From contig OZ176054.1 of assembly GCA_964247055.1 (NCBI GenBank), positions 5,580,001 through 5,644,000 on the forward strand: a DNA stretch of 64,000 bases. The letters run 5' to 3'. Origin of the DNA: Paragordius varius (Eukaryota; Animalia; Nematomorpha). The translations under genes and the position numbers were made by a program. Shown here one piece after another: positions 51,080 to 64,000 of the stretch. How positions within the stretch are numbered: the stretch's first letter is position 1; each line of letters begins with the position of its first letter. The notes under the pieces are model-generated. The model saw only the letters and a list, made by a program, of their open reading frames with translations. It had not been told where the DNA came from and did no database searches.

Positions 51080-52280
51080 ATGTTCAGCATCTTTGTTTTA
51101 TAATACTGTGCGACAAAAATGGGGTTAAATAAATGAAGGATAATGAATTTAAATATCATTCAATAGTTTAAGGCTTTAGATTATCGATATGATATATGCG
51201 GTTCAAAGACTAGAAAAAAAGTCATTTAAATATCTGTCATTAGCCAAAATCAAAAAATCGCGTTTTTATCGTATATTAGGTCAAATAAATTAAAAATTGA
51301 TGACGTGTCAACAAAATTTTGTTTGTTTTAATATAGTATAAGGATAGTTCTAAATGCAAAAATCATCAACAATTTTACATTTTTTCGGACGGTCATAGAA
51401 AGATTTTCAATATACGATAAACTTTGGCGTCAAATTTGAATCAAAAAACTAACTAATATGTGGTAGAATTTAATTTTTATCAAAATAATCATTAATTTTG
51501 TATATAGAGTTAGCCCAATATATTGCCTTCAAAAAGTTTCAGCCTTGTATAAAAAAGAAAACTTTCGATAATTTGCAAATATGCGTATAATTTTTAGAAA
51601 CATTCAATATATATTATAAATATCGTTTCTATCCCTAAATCATTTATTCATTTGAAGAATTTTTATGCCCTGAAGCCGGTATAAAAATCAAAATGACGCC
51701 AAATCAAGATGTTTGGATAAAAAATTCCCTAAATCAATAATCCAGGTGATAAATCTTTTTTTCTTCATCGAATTGTATGGAAATAAAATTTATAACATAT
51801 TTATTGGATGTTTTGTAAAAATTATACGGTTCGCTTTGGTGCAAATCATCGAAAAAAAGTTTTTTATATAAGGCTTTAATTTTTTTAAGGCCATATGTTG
51901 GGCAAACTCTATATATCGAGTTAATATACGATTGTGTTAAAAAATTGGATTCATATTTGACGCCAAAGTGCGATTTTTTAGCTTGTATTCTAGTAAATCT
52001 TTCTGGGACCCTTCAAAAAGTAAAATCTTTTTTAATAATATTTTAAATTTAGAATTATCCTTATGCTAGATACAAATATTTAGTTGACACGTTTTCTTCT
52101 ATTTAATTTAATTTGACCTAATATGCCATAAAAATGCGATTTTTTTTGACTATAAACAGAAAATTTAAAAACTTTCTCGTATTATAACCGCATATATCAT
52201 TTCGATATTCCTGAAGCTTTAGCTATCAAATGATAAATGATTCATTAACATTTATTGTTTGCTGAGCATCGTGATAGTTT
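51080..52280. repeat. Old, diverged long inverted repeat (foldback element), centre ~51700
   Basis: Matching blocks on opposite strands, e.g. TTTGGCGTCAAAT/ATTTGACGCCAAA, ATATTAGGTCAAAT/ATTTGACCTAATAT, GATATATGCGGTT/AACCGCATATATC, ACGTGTCAAC/GTTGACACGT. Confidence 0.75.
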
Positions 52281-54184
52281 ATATACCGTTTCATCATGCC
52301 TCAAAATAGTAATACACTATAAAATTTTCCTAAAAATGCATTTTTAAATATTTTTCTGATATTAAAATTTAGCATATATTTAAAATTTTTATCGCGCAAT
52401 CCCGGCATTTTTGCGTTTATTTTAAGAGTATACACCCATTTTAAAGAAGCAAAAACTTTTGGGACTTTTGGAGTCCACATCTAAAATTTTAAATTTTTTG
52501 AAATTGTTTTGCTTTTTATATGTAGTTTATAAAATATTTTAGTGATTTTTTAGGAATAAAGCAGTAAGCTTTAATCAAAGAATTTTGTTTAAAATGTGGC
52601 CAAATTTTGCCATTTTCTGTATGAAGGAGTTACTAAAAAGTAATAATCTTATATTACTCGAAGGACCAAATCAAAAACACTGTAATAATTCTGATACATT
52701 ATTCCCATCAGAATATATATCGACCCCCCAATTTTGGACGCAGTGCTATTGAATTCTTTCCCCCAACTTTCAAAATATTTTCAAACCTTGTTTTATCGAT
52801 AAGTTAATCAAGGTATTAAGTTATTCGAGACAATTACTTAGACATCCATTGTTATTTTCAAATGAGCCTACATGTTTTCCAAAAAACTACTTCTAATACA
52901 GGATTTTCTGAGATTTGGTTTTTAAAAGCCCCTATATTTTAATGAAAGGCCTAAACTTATAGGCTAATTTCAAAAATAGATATGAATGAATAAATATTTA
53001 CTATTGATTTGGGCACACTTATTTTTCGGAACCAAGTTATATTTGTTAAAATAAATTCCATAAGTAAAAAGAAAAAGCCGATACAAATTTTTTTAATATA
53101 AAACATTTAAAAGTTCCTAAATAGCAAAGATCCAAAAATATTTTTATCGACACCAAAAGCTGATCTTAAAAAATTATTTCTGGCTTTCATTTAAACAAGG
53201 GATTTAAAAGTGACCAATAACTAAATTATTCTTTAAGTTTTGCACCATCCTAGTATCTTGATCTAGCGAGGCTATATATAAAATTACAAGCAATGGATGT
53301 AACATGAGTCAAGAGATTAAAAAACAATACGGATTTAACAAATGTTATTACAAAACATAATCAATCCGTCATTTACCATTACAATAAACATAATTCATCC
53401 GTAAATGTATGCTTTCAAGATGCCAAGCACTTACTAATTAGCCATACAAATGAATTGCATCACCTGTTTTATTTAAATGCTAGCTCACAAAAATATTTTA
53501 TTCATTGATCAAATCGAAAAAATATATTTCTTTGATTATTACTTTTTGTTTAATTATATTAAATTAAATAACAAATATCCTCAAACATTATAAAAGAGGT
53601 ATATATTTATTTTAGAATGTATTACAAACGATTAAAAAACTAATGGCATTACTACGTGAATACTAATTCCCTTGAGTAGAGGGCAAATACCTAAACAGGA
53701 TTATAAATTGTTCCTTAAGATCAATTAAGGAAGAGTTAAATATTCCAGAAGATCTTAAACTTGAACGAATTTCAAAACAACCTAGCAACAAAAATAACAA
53801 ATAATTTATACAAGCTGTGACCTGTCAGCGTCTAGCAATAAATTGTGGATAAGTTTGGGCAAATGAAAAAATATGAGTTTAAACAAAAATATTCAATACC
53901 ATCCTGTGCGCATTTATAAATACCCAGCCATGTAACTCTATGGTGGTGTATTATACAACATAGGGTATACTCTAATAACCATGGGCTAATTAAAAAACCC
54001 CACTTGATTAAGATTTTTCAGGAAATACCCAAAACCATTACTAATTCTGTACGGTCTCTTAAGCTTTCTGCAAAATACTTTAAGCCACCTTATTTTTATA
54101 CGATGGCTATAGAATCGGGTGGTGATAGAGCCTTTTTAAGCACTTGTCTAAAATCTATGCCTTTATACAGGAAATATCATAAGA

Positions 54185-54463
54185 CATGGATGGCTAACAC
54201 GCGGCCCTATGAGACTTCCTGCATGGCCAGCGAAAAATTAACATGTTTACGAAATTTTGGTAAAATTAATATCCCTTAAACAATTTTTTTTAAATAAATC
54301 TATCCATATAACAAGAACGAGAAAAATTGTTGCATTCGGTTTTTTGAAGTTTTTTGTTTGAAATCTTATATTTACAAATTCTCATATATATTTCGAATAC
54401 GGCCTGTTGTAATTTTTAATCTAAAAATTTGGACTCGTAAGGCCATTTGTGTTGGACCCTCTG
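54185..54463. mobile_element. Buster-type MITE, same family as 44351-44605, reverse orientation
   Basis: CATGGATGGCTAACACGCGGCCC / GGCCATTTGTGTTGGACCCTCTG ends match those of the 44351 copy. Confidence 0.65.
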
Positions 54464-55100
54464 ATCTAAAACCATAAGTGAATGCATAATAGATTTTTCG
54501 AAAAATTGCTTAAGGTGGAAAGAAGAACAAGAAAATGTACAAAAGGTTGGGAACACCATATTTATCATTGTTATGTTTTTCTTTAATATAAACGATATAT
54601 TATTTTGATTAAGTTTTATTTACATTAAATTCAAAAGTAAATCTGCAGTTTAAATTTTGTGTAACTTGGTTTAGAAAATTGTTAAAAACTTACCTCTGTT
54701 TATTTCAGCGCTATCCCCACTTAAAAATATGATTAAAGTGCGCACACAATATTAATCATAAAGTTTCTAATTTCTGCATATACTTTATTTTTAGAGACGG
54801 TTTTTAAATATTTATGGGACTATATCGATGTACAGTATTTAGGTTATAACTAATAAAATGCGAAATTACCCGTAAATATGATATTATATATAGATGTAAG
54901 TGCCTAATTAAAAATCAATATCAAGATAATATTTATACTATTCATAATATTTTAATTAATTAAGAATAAGCATTGTAATTTAATTATATTATATACCTGC
55001 CAAAAGTGACAATTTTAATTAATATAGAATTATGGATATTTTTTTGGCACATCGCCGTTGTTCATGATTTGATAAATATTTTATCTATTTTATTATATAA

Positions 55101-57292
55101 ATGAAGATTTTAAGTTCTAATTTGACTTCCATATCACACACAGATCGACGGTATATAAAAAATTATTTGAAATTCTTTTTTAAAAATTTCAAAAATCTTC
55201 ACGATAACCATACTTATTATCTCGCAATAATTGGCATAATTTTAGTTGTTGGATTTTTCATTAATCTCGTTACACTTTACGTTCTTCAACGCGATTACCA
55301 CAATCAATTCAGTAAAAGTACGATATATATTTATCTAAAAAATCTGGTATTTTGCAATATCTTATCAGGGTGTTTTAGCTTCCCTCAAAATCTCCATGAC
55401 ATGTCCCATTTAGATTATTATGAAGGTAATTTTTAATAATTTTAAGAAATTTATTAAAGGGTTTCTTGGATTTCTCTTATAGCAATATTTTTCAATATAT
55501 TTTTTTCCTATAAATACGAAGCTTATAGAAATGGAAATTGATATTAGGCCTTTTGAATGTATTAAATCATATTTAATTAACAAATTATTTAGGTTCATTT
55601 CTATGTAAGGTACATCGATATCTATTTATCGTATTTTCTTGCGTTCAAGTCAATTTAATATTATGCATCTCATTGGAGAGGATACGGATGTTAAGAATGA
55701 TAGGAGAGAATTCGTATGGAATATCTAAGAAAAAGCGTTGGAAAACTATCATCACATGTTTAGCGGCTTGGGGCGCCGGTATTCTCTGGGCTCTACCCGT
55801 CATATTTATGTATAATGTCTCATATATTTTGGTTCCATCAGGTTTTGGCCATTCTCACCCTATTCATTTTGCTTGCATAGATTCAGAGGATAAAATAGAT
55901 TTAAAACCCAAACTACTAACTACTGCGAAATTGGAAAATAGGAAAATAGTTTCGTCGAGAGTTGAAGACATCCAATTTAATAATAACATGTGTAAAGAGA
56001 CAAATATAGAACTGACATATTTTGATACTGGCATCCATAACGATATTCAATTTACCAAACTACTGGAATCGAAGTTAAGTCAAATTTCAAGGGTTTCACT
56101 CAAAACATCAATATCCTCAACTTATAAAAAATGTCGAAGAGCTAAGCTAGATGCGTTACAAAATAGTATAATATCTCTTAATCACAAAAGCCTGTTGATT
56201 TATCAAAGCCTTAAATGGGTACCTTACGGTTATCTTTCTGTATGTCCTACATCACTGGCCCGGATAATGCCATACACGAATACGTATGTTAATGTATCCC
56301 AATATATGAGATATGAAATTATTGTGGAATGTACCAATGTTTCCCGATACAAATTATTCATGGCTTATGTGTTGACACTTTTTTGGGCCGGATGGATGGC
56401 GCCCATCATATACACCCTCATAAATTATGGCACTTTGATTCATTGGATTTTAAAGAAACATATAAGGTCGCGAAGCATTTTAACCAACATTGGACCAGAA
56501 TCGTCTCATACCAGTGCAATAATCCCAAATACTATTAATATTACTAATAATAATTTTAACCATATATCTGATAATTTTCCGCGTAATAAAATGACAAAAA
56601 GGTCTAAAACAAAACCCCGAAAAAAACAGTTGGTAAGGCAACCAATTACACAGGGTAAAGGTAAAAAGTTGTCGTGGAAAATGTTAGCTCAAAAGAAAAT
56701 AAAATCCACCATATCCCATTTACAAGTTCCAGCTATCTCTCTTACTCAAGACCAAATTAAATTGAATGGGATATTATTTAGCCGAAAGGGCGAACATATA
56801 AAGATTGAGCGAATGAAATGTAGTCAAAATTGCAACACAACATCTTCCATCATAGTCAAATCCCAAGAGGAGTTAAAATGGGAATCGTTCATAGCTGAAT
56901 ATAAAAGCAACAGTATAGCCAAAAATCATAATTGTCAACCGCATTGCCCCATGCCATCAAATACATGTAATGAAAGCGCTTTTTTTAACACTCCCTACCA
57001 AGCAAATTTGAATCGAAAACTGTGCAATAAGATTAAAATGTTACTGTTGATTTCAGTTCTTTACATCATATCGTATCTTCCACTCTTTATTCTCTTTGTC
57101 ATGGAGGTATTTTACTCTTCAATATTAATAATCGAATCATGTAAAAAAGAAAATAAATATAAACCCTTTAACTTAGTTTGTAATAATATTTTTTTTCCAA
57201 ACAAGATACTTATAAATATAACATGGGATTTCAAAACAAATGGCTCTGCGCGCCACATTTTTGACTTAATAAATTTGGCGGGTTCTATTTGA
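55101..57292 (+). CDS. Class A peptide-receptor-like GPCR (TM1-TM6 seen; TM7 exon not securely identified)
   Basis: Exon 55101-55425 (TM1 GFFIN, TM2 NLVFCN), phase-1 intron 55426-55592, exon from 55593 (CKVHRY..SLERIR in TM3; WALP TM4; WMAP TM5; SYLP TM6). The true 3' end is probably spliced before 57292. Confidence 0.78.
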
Positions 57293-58033
57293 GATATATA
57301 TGGGCATTTACAAGTAATTTTTAGTTTTCAAACATAAGACTGTAAAATGCAAACACAATATTACAATTATTACTATTTTTTTCTAAATGGATAAACTTAT
57401 TTAGAAAACATATTTTATAAAATTTTAATAAGTTATGTGAGCACATTTCAAATTATGTATTTTTTAATCGCGGGCCTTGTGTTCGACACTCCTATTATAT
57501 GGTAATTAAGGACAATATATTTTAGTTTTAAAAAGATACATAGAATACTTTTTGAATCTCAATTTATTATATTTAATCAATAATTTAATATGATTTTGTT
57601 ATTGGTTAAAAGTAACTAAGTTAATTTTGGTAATATTTTTTAAACTAGAGCTTTGAAGTTGAAACTATGTTTGTCAAATCCAAGATATGGATCAAAAAAG
57701 TGTTGTTGGCAATTGCAAGTACAAATTTATTGACTGATTTTTTCATTCTTTACTATTATGACACCGATTTTAAAAAATGTGTAAACTATATTTGTTAAAA
57801 TAAATGGTTAGTTTCTTAATCAAATTTAACTGCTTTCTTAGTTTTGCAAATATATTATTTTATAAACACAATCAAAAATATGGGCAGGGAAATGGTGTAA
57901 ATAAACGAAGTAATTTATTAAATTGATTTATAAATAATGCTACTGTAGAATTATTAATTTTTGTGTGACACAATGGTGTACATGTCATTATATTATGGAG
58001 TACTTTTAACCCAGAGATGTATTTGTTAAATTT

Positions 58034-59768
58034 TTATCCAGAGCAAATAGCTAATATCTTCTCCATGTATCTCGTACAAGAAAGATGAAAAAATCGAAGA
58101 GAGTTTTGTACTTGGGCCCGATATATCCGATTACAAGCAAAATTTAGGTAAAATGTTGCCGCATAAAACGTATATTGCAGCATGGTTAGAAACACATACC
58201 AATCATTTACCACCTCCTCATTGTAATGGATTAATAGATAATCTATACACATTTCCATGATACTAATGGGCAATAAAAATAGCAGAAATTGTAATATAAG
58301 TACATAAATTGTTTTGGTATGTTGCCTTATCTCACGCTTATTCCGAAAGTTTTTGGTTGAATAGGTCATCAGCGAATTAGAGTTTTGAGATAATTGATGT
58401 TGGGACTTATTTAGTTTTGACAGGCTGAGATTGCTAACATTCAATAAGTTTTTCGAACTATTTAACGTTTTAGGTGAAACTGGACTAGGAAATACTTTGG
58501 TCCTTAAATGGTTATCATCCAAATTCGATCTATTATCCCATAGACATGATTGGAAGGAACGTTCTTGCGCCGCATTATTTGAAATAGCAATTTTTGGCCC
58601 AACGGTTTTTCGCTTATACTTTATGTAAAACTTAATAGAGATCAACGAAAGCATAGGAATTATATTTATCATTAATTCACGACAGATATGATATGCGACC
58701 CAAAGTGTTTTCATTTGTTGGCTGCTTGGAATAAATAACTCCTGAGTATAAATTACCAAGGGAAAGGATGATGCATTAACGTCCACAAATCTGTATTTGA
58801 TAGGTGTAAATTCCAAAGTTAAAAAAATATTTTATCAATGTAACAATTATACAGACAAAATGTAAAAACACAAAGACAAATATTATTTCAATAGACGGCT
58901 CTACTTTTTTATCCTTGATTTTAATGCATAACTCATTGTTTTAAACAGATTATGAAATAGAGATGGAAATTGGTATAACAAAATGTTTTTAATTTTAGGA
59001 AAAATTAAGGTTTAAAATAACGTTGACTTTTGAAAGTATAATTTGTCCTTAAGTTTTCGTTTTGTGTGTATAATTATTCTTACCGTATATATATATATAT
59101 GTATACCTTGCTGGTATCGTTCTATCATAGTAAGCTGAAATAGTTGTAGCATTTGGACAAACTATTAGGGTTGTCACATAAAACCAAATGGTTGTTGGAG
59201 CATACCAAAGGGTACAATATACGGCAGATATGGCGAAATATAAAAGGACATATCGTCGACGCACAATTCGGCTCAACTTAAAAGGGAAAGCCACAATAAT
59301 TAACTGAACCACAAATGTTAAGAATACGATGGAAAATGTGAATGTCATAAGAAATTTAGTTAATGGGAAATGAATATGACTCAAGTAATATAGCCATGCG
59401 TAGGAATTCCAACGTGTCCTACAACAAATCCCTAGAGCATGTACACGTAGAATAGGTAGTGGAATCTGCATGCATAAAACTAATATGCTCAACCCATAGA
59501 AATAGGAGAAAAGAGTTTGCGTTAATCGAACTACCCTGCTCGTTAATGCTTTCTGACTTGTATCATGCCTTGCAAATGCGACTGGTGATTTATGTTGTTT
59601 AGTAATAGACTCATTTAGTATCAGGGCAGCAGTATTACCAAATACACCCAACAACAATATTATATAAGTGCCTACTACATTGAATGGTGCTATATTCCAT
59701 GAGGCTGATTGGATCACATATGATTTGTGTGATTGATTTGTGCAATTATAAATTATTTGAGCTAACAT
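58034..59768 (-). CDS. Atypical rhodopsin-type GPCR, paralog B of 37507-39383, 2 coding exons
   Basis: Exon 59768-59107, phase-2 intron 59106-58791, exon 58790-58034; shares long identical blocks with paralog A (SILVLCMQIPLP, WNSYxWLYYLS, TISAYYDR, VVNDxYVFLTxLQY). Confidence 0.87.
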
Positions 59769-61649
59769 TATTCCATAATAAATTTGTAATATATATTAAT
59801 TATATTAAGATGATAATGAAATACAGTATAGTATGAATTATGTTAGATATGATAATATATTTACCAGTAGGAGGCCCATTTTTAAAGGATAATAATTTAA
59901 TTGATTTTATCGTTAATTAATAAGCTTTCCAAATAAAGACGAAATTGCCATATCATTGATTAATACATTAAGTAATTAATAGCTAAATAAGCTTAATTAA
60001 TGTATTTTAGGGTTTATATTTATCTATCTGGTTTATTTATTACTTAAATTTATTACAATATTTCAACACACCCCTTATTTTGTATATTCAGTATTATGCA
60101 AAATTTAATCGGAAAACTTATTGAACTAACGGATTTTTTCCATAAATTATTTAATTAAATTCGACTAAAAATCCCAATTTTGAAGAGGTACTCTATGCCC
60201 CAAACAAATTTAAATTTGTTCTAACTATCTCAGAACGAGCAAAACATCCCGTGAAATTAGAAAGCTGATTGTAAATTTTGGGTTTTCTATAAAAAATTTA
60301 TGTACATTAACTTATAAAAAGCAAAAAATATTTTTTAATTTTTAGATGTGGGCTCTCAAAGTCCCAAATTTTTTGGCTCTTTTAAAATGGACTGTTCTTC
60401 AAACGCAAAAATTCCGACATTGTGCAATTTTAAATATATACTATATTTTGATATCAACTAAATATATTTTTTTAAAAATGCACACTTTAAAAAATTAATT
60501 TTTAGAAAAGTTTTGTTCAAGCGTACTTCATATTATTTTTTACATGATGGAAACATAAACGGTTGAGATGTTATAATATTTTTTATATATATAATTAGAT
60601 AATGCCGATTCTCAATTAAAATTTTGATTAAAATATTCGTTCGTTTTCAATTTATGTTAAATAAAAATTGTTTTTTTTACAAATATTCACTTTGCACCAA
60701 AACCTTTAAATTGAAAATCTGATCCTATAGTAATGTATAACATCGTCGAATTATTTAGAAAAAGGGAATTATATCTTAAAGCGTTATACCGTTTGAATCA
60801 TGCTTTAAATTCAGTTTATAATCTGATTTTTCCTTTTTATATTAAAGGGTAAGGACTAAATTTTATACGGACATGTGAAGACTTTAACATTTGTCTGCCC
60901 AGGGCTGACAGTGATGATGGAAAAATTGCGTAATTTCGGGGTTCAACTCTGGCACGCAGTGTAAGAGTCCGGCACCCTACCTACTATACCATCACACCTT
61001 CACGAAGTTAGCTTCAACAAAATATCTCAAATTTGTTTAAGCAAAAAATAAGGAAACTAATAAAAATTAAAGTGGAAAAAATTAAGTAATATCATACCTC
61101 ACACCTAATATCTATAGAAAACGTAAAAACTTTTAATTTTTTAATACGAAAAAAGGCTATTTCGAAATCATATTTTATATAATATGTTACGGGAATAACA
61201 ATTTTTTATATAATTTCCGTTTTATAATTATAACAAAAAATGAGCTTTCTAAACTTGATCAAACATTGATTAAAATAACATAAATTAATCTTGTTAATTT
61301 CAATTTTGAGTCATCTCCTTTTGCGGAAGCCCTAAGTCAAAGAGCCATTAGCCTGAATCTTACGATGTGAAGTCCGAGATTTGTAGTTTCGCTAGTGCGC
61401 GAAAAGCTGCAATCTTAAGTTTTATGTACAATTTGAGCATAAAATATGATATTAACCAATTAAAAATAGATCTTACTTTTTTACCTAATGAACCATTTCT
61501 TTACAAATAATATGGTTATTTTTTTACAGAGGGTACTATATTAAGTTCTAAAATAATTTTTTTAATAAATAAAAGGTAATTAATATATATTTGTAAAAAA
61601 TTAAATTTTTTTAATTGCAAAAAGCAGTACAAAAGTGGGCGCAGTTTTT

Positions 61650-63690
61650 TTCTGAAAACCCAGTACTATACTGCGAAAAACAGCCTATCTGGTCCATTAT
61701 CCTGGTGACTGGTATGGCGGAAAATGAGCACATTAACAATTTAAATAACGTATTAAGTCGTCTCGATAAGGCCGGATTTAAATTAAGACAAGATAAAATA
61801 ATGAGTGGAGAATCAGTAAACTATTTAGGGTTTGAAATATCAAAAAAGGGTATAAACCCAGGTAAAAGCGAAATCAAGGCAATTAAGGAACTAAAAAGGC
61901 CGGTAGATAAAAAGTCACAAAGAGATTTTTTAACGTTTCATCAACGCTCTATACCAAGATTACAAATGATAGTCGGTCCCTTACATGAATTAACTAGTAC
62001 AAATACGAGATGGTCTTGGACCGAGAAACATGAGAAAAGCTGGTTAACAGCTAAGAATTTGTTAAGCGAAAAAGTTTTTTTAACACCATATAATCCGAAT
62101 TAGAAATTGATAATAAAAACTGATGCGTCAGATTTAGGATTCGGGTGTACTTTAAGTCATGAAGTAAATAGTGAAAAAATACCGAGAGCGTATGCCTTAC
62201 AAAAGTGTAGCATTGCTGAAAGGAATTATTCCACTATCGAGATGGAATTAAAAGCAATATTGTTTGCGTTAAGAAAGTTTCATAGTTTCGTATATGGTAG
62301 AAAATTTATGATATTAACTGACCATTCACCCTTAGTTATGTTAATAAATAGAGATCAAAATTCAAAAGAAATTGGATTAATATGATAAATGAAAACGACT
62401 TTAAAATAAGTCATCAAAAGGGGGCTCAAAATAGAGCTGATTATCGAGATGGTCGATTGACGAGATCGTTGCCTATGATGAAGATTATGCGGTTACCAGA
62501 TATCTGAGATTTTTGAATTGTCATAACGTGCGGTTAAGCAGAGATGAAATTCGAAAAGAAACCGCATTAGATCCAGTATTACAAAAAGTAATTAAAGCGT
62601 TAAACAGCCATGACTGGAGTTGTCCAGAATTAGAAAAGTTTGTATACCGTAAAGACGAGTTGCCATATAAATATGGCTTATTAAGTTTAAATAATCGGAT
62701 TATAATTCCGAAGCCCCTCCAAAAAGGTGATGAGATACCCAAGCGGTCATAACAACGTAGAGACCATGGAAGCGATGGCCTTTACGTGGTATTTGCCAGA
62801 ATTAGAAAATGACCTGGTAAAAGCCAGTATTCAGTGCGAATCGTCCCAAAGTAGTAGGCCGAATGTTACTCAGAATTCCACGTATCATCAGCTCATAATG
62901 TTGCTGTGTAAACGGTTATTATTGGTTGTTAATAAAGTGCCTCGAAATGAGTAGAAGGGTTTATTTTGAAAAAGGTAACCGCAAAGATTATATACCATAA
63001 ATTAGAAGAAACATTTGCAAAGTTCGGGTTTGCAAGAGAGATTGTTAGCGATAACTCTTCGTATTTCAGTAATGAGTAAGTACGTTAGGGGTGAAACATA
63101 ATAAGGTTACCCCCTACCATCCTAAGAGTAATGGGGTGGTAGAAAGGTTAGTAGGTACAAAAAAAAATAAATACAAAAGAATAAAATATAATGCGATATC
63201 CACCCACGAAGCGTTTAACACTAGCCTATGGGCGTATAGAAATTCTATACACTCAACAACGAAAGAAACTCCGGCGCAGTTAATGTTCAAGCGACACCCC
63301 ATACCCCCTTAACCTGGTTAAATAGTAGGACAAGATTGTTAGATGCACCGGCACCCCGACGTTAGTTTGCCATAATGATTAAAAATGAACTAAGTCTAGG
63401 GTGGCGCGCCGGATAAATTCGGACCGTACCGGGTGATTTTCATACAAGATGTGGGACAAAGAGCGGGATAAAGTCGTGAGGAAACACGCCGACCAAATAG
63501 TACACCAACCACAACAACAAATTACCACTTCCAGCAACACAAGTGAGGAGGAAGTAACCACGGCAAAGGACGATGGAACGATTGCCGAAACGCAACCAAA
63601 CAGCACGATCAATCCAAGTGACGACCACTCTAGATACCAGTTCGATATAACTCACCACTGTCAAGATCTCACTATTATGATCGAAAAATA
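61650..63690 (+). mobile_element. Decayed Ty3/Gypsy LTR-retrotransposon pol fragment (RT C-terminus, RNase H, integrase)
   Basis: VLSRLDKAGFKL (RT), TDASD..YSTIEME..TDHSPL (RNase H), TPYHPKSNGVVERLV and YRNSIHSTTKETPAQL (integrase); many stops and frameshifts; no LTR identified. Confidence 0.88.
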
Positions 63691-64000
63691 AGTTAAAAAT
63701 TTTATTTGTTAATTATTAAAAGCACGTCTGCTAAATTTATTTTATTATTCTGAATCACTTACGGAATCACTAAAAACTTCAATTAAGACATCATTTTTTT
63801 TATCAATCAGGGCTATAAAAAGCACCTCTAGGGCCCTAAGTGGCCCAGCGGTTTTATGATGTATTAGAGTGATCTTATACCGTTTTCAGCAGGCTCTATA
63901 ATACCATTAAACAAGGACTATCACGTTTATTTGAACAAAATAGCCCAGAGGGCCAAAAATCTGAGATTTCGAAGCTCACATCTAAAATATAAATTTTATA

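Larger units (their letters stand above)
11069..63984. repeat. Unclassified dispersed repeat family; at least 7 diverged copies (span gives first to last marker motif)
   Basis: Motif TAGATGTGGGCTC..AAAGTCC.AAA at ~11069, 30722, 50740, 60343 and reverse-complemented at ~31840, 52460, 63968, with shared neighbouring blocks (AAACGCAAAAATGCCG, TATCAG.ATTAT..TGGTG). Confidence 0.6.

Noticed and set aside
60895-61010. GC-richer island with GTGATGATG (C/D snoRNA-like box C)
   Set aside because: No properly placed CTGA box D with a terminal stem; cannot be supported.
61365-61395. Resemblance to the Helitron 3' end (GAAGTCCGAGATT..TTTCGCTAGT)
   Set aside because: The terminal hairpin is absent and no matching body was found; too short to call.
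1-64000. tRNA, rRNA and CRISPR features
   Set aside because: No cloverleaf with a T-loop GTTCRA, no rRNA-like segments and no repeat-spacer arrays were found by eye; tRNAscan-SE or Infernal would be needed to exclude them formally.

Overview
Strongly AT-rich, intron-containing animal (invertebrate-like) genomic DNA; not prokaryotic. Host genes: POLA2 (DNA polymerase alpha B subunit, minus, 2161-10449), RNASEK (plus, 36573-36903), an IFRD1/2-like gene (minus, 42655-47864) and four peptide-receptor-like class A GPCRs (21999-24374 -, 37507-39383 -, 55101-57292 +, 58034-59768 -). About half of the window is transposon-derived: a Buster-type hAT inside a POLA2 intron, a TTAA-flanked piggyBac-like MITE family with two self-nested insertions, a hAT remnant holding an RTE LINE and a Helitron, a rearranged Blackjack-like hAT, a second full-length RTE LINE with a perfect 16-bp TSD, three foldback elements and a decayed Ty3/Gypsy pol. 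Main unexpected signals: (1) both RTE LINEs begin with an HDV-like self-cleaving ribozyme fold, with covariation between the two copies, and the one at 32681-32742 is a ~62-nt form essentially lacking P4; (2) candidate ultra-short spliceosomal introns of 20-29 nt in IFRD and POLA2; (3) GPCRs with giant loops (a ~158-aa ICL1) or lacking DRY/NPxxY/D2.50. Single-base frameshifts in an essential gene and in a young LINE suggest residual indel errors in the assembly, which limits any pseudogene call. Homology calls come from recalled family motifs, not database searches.
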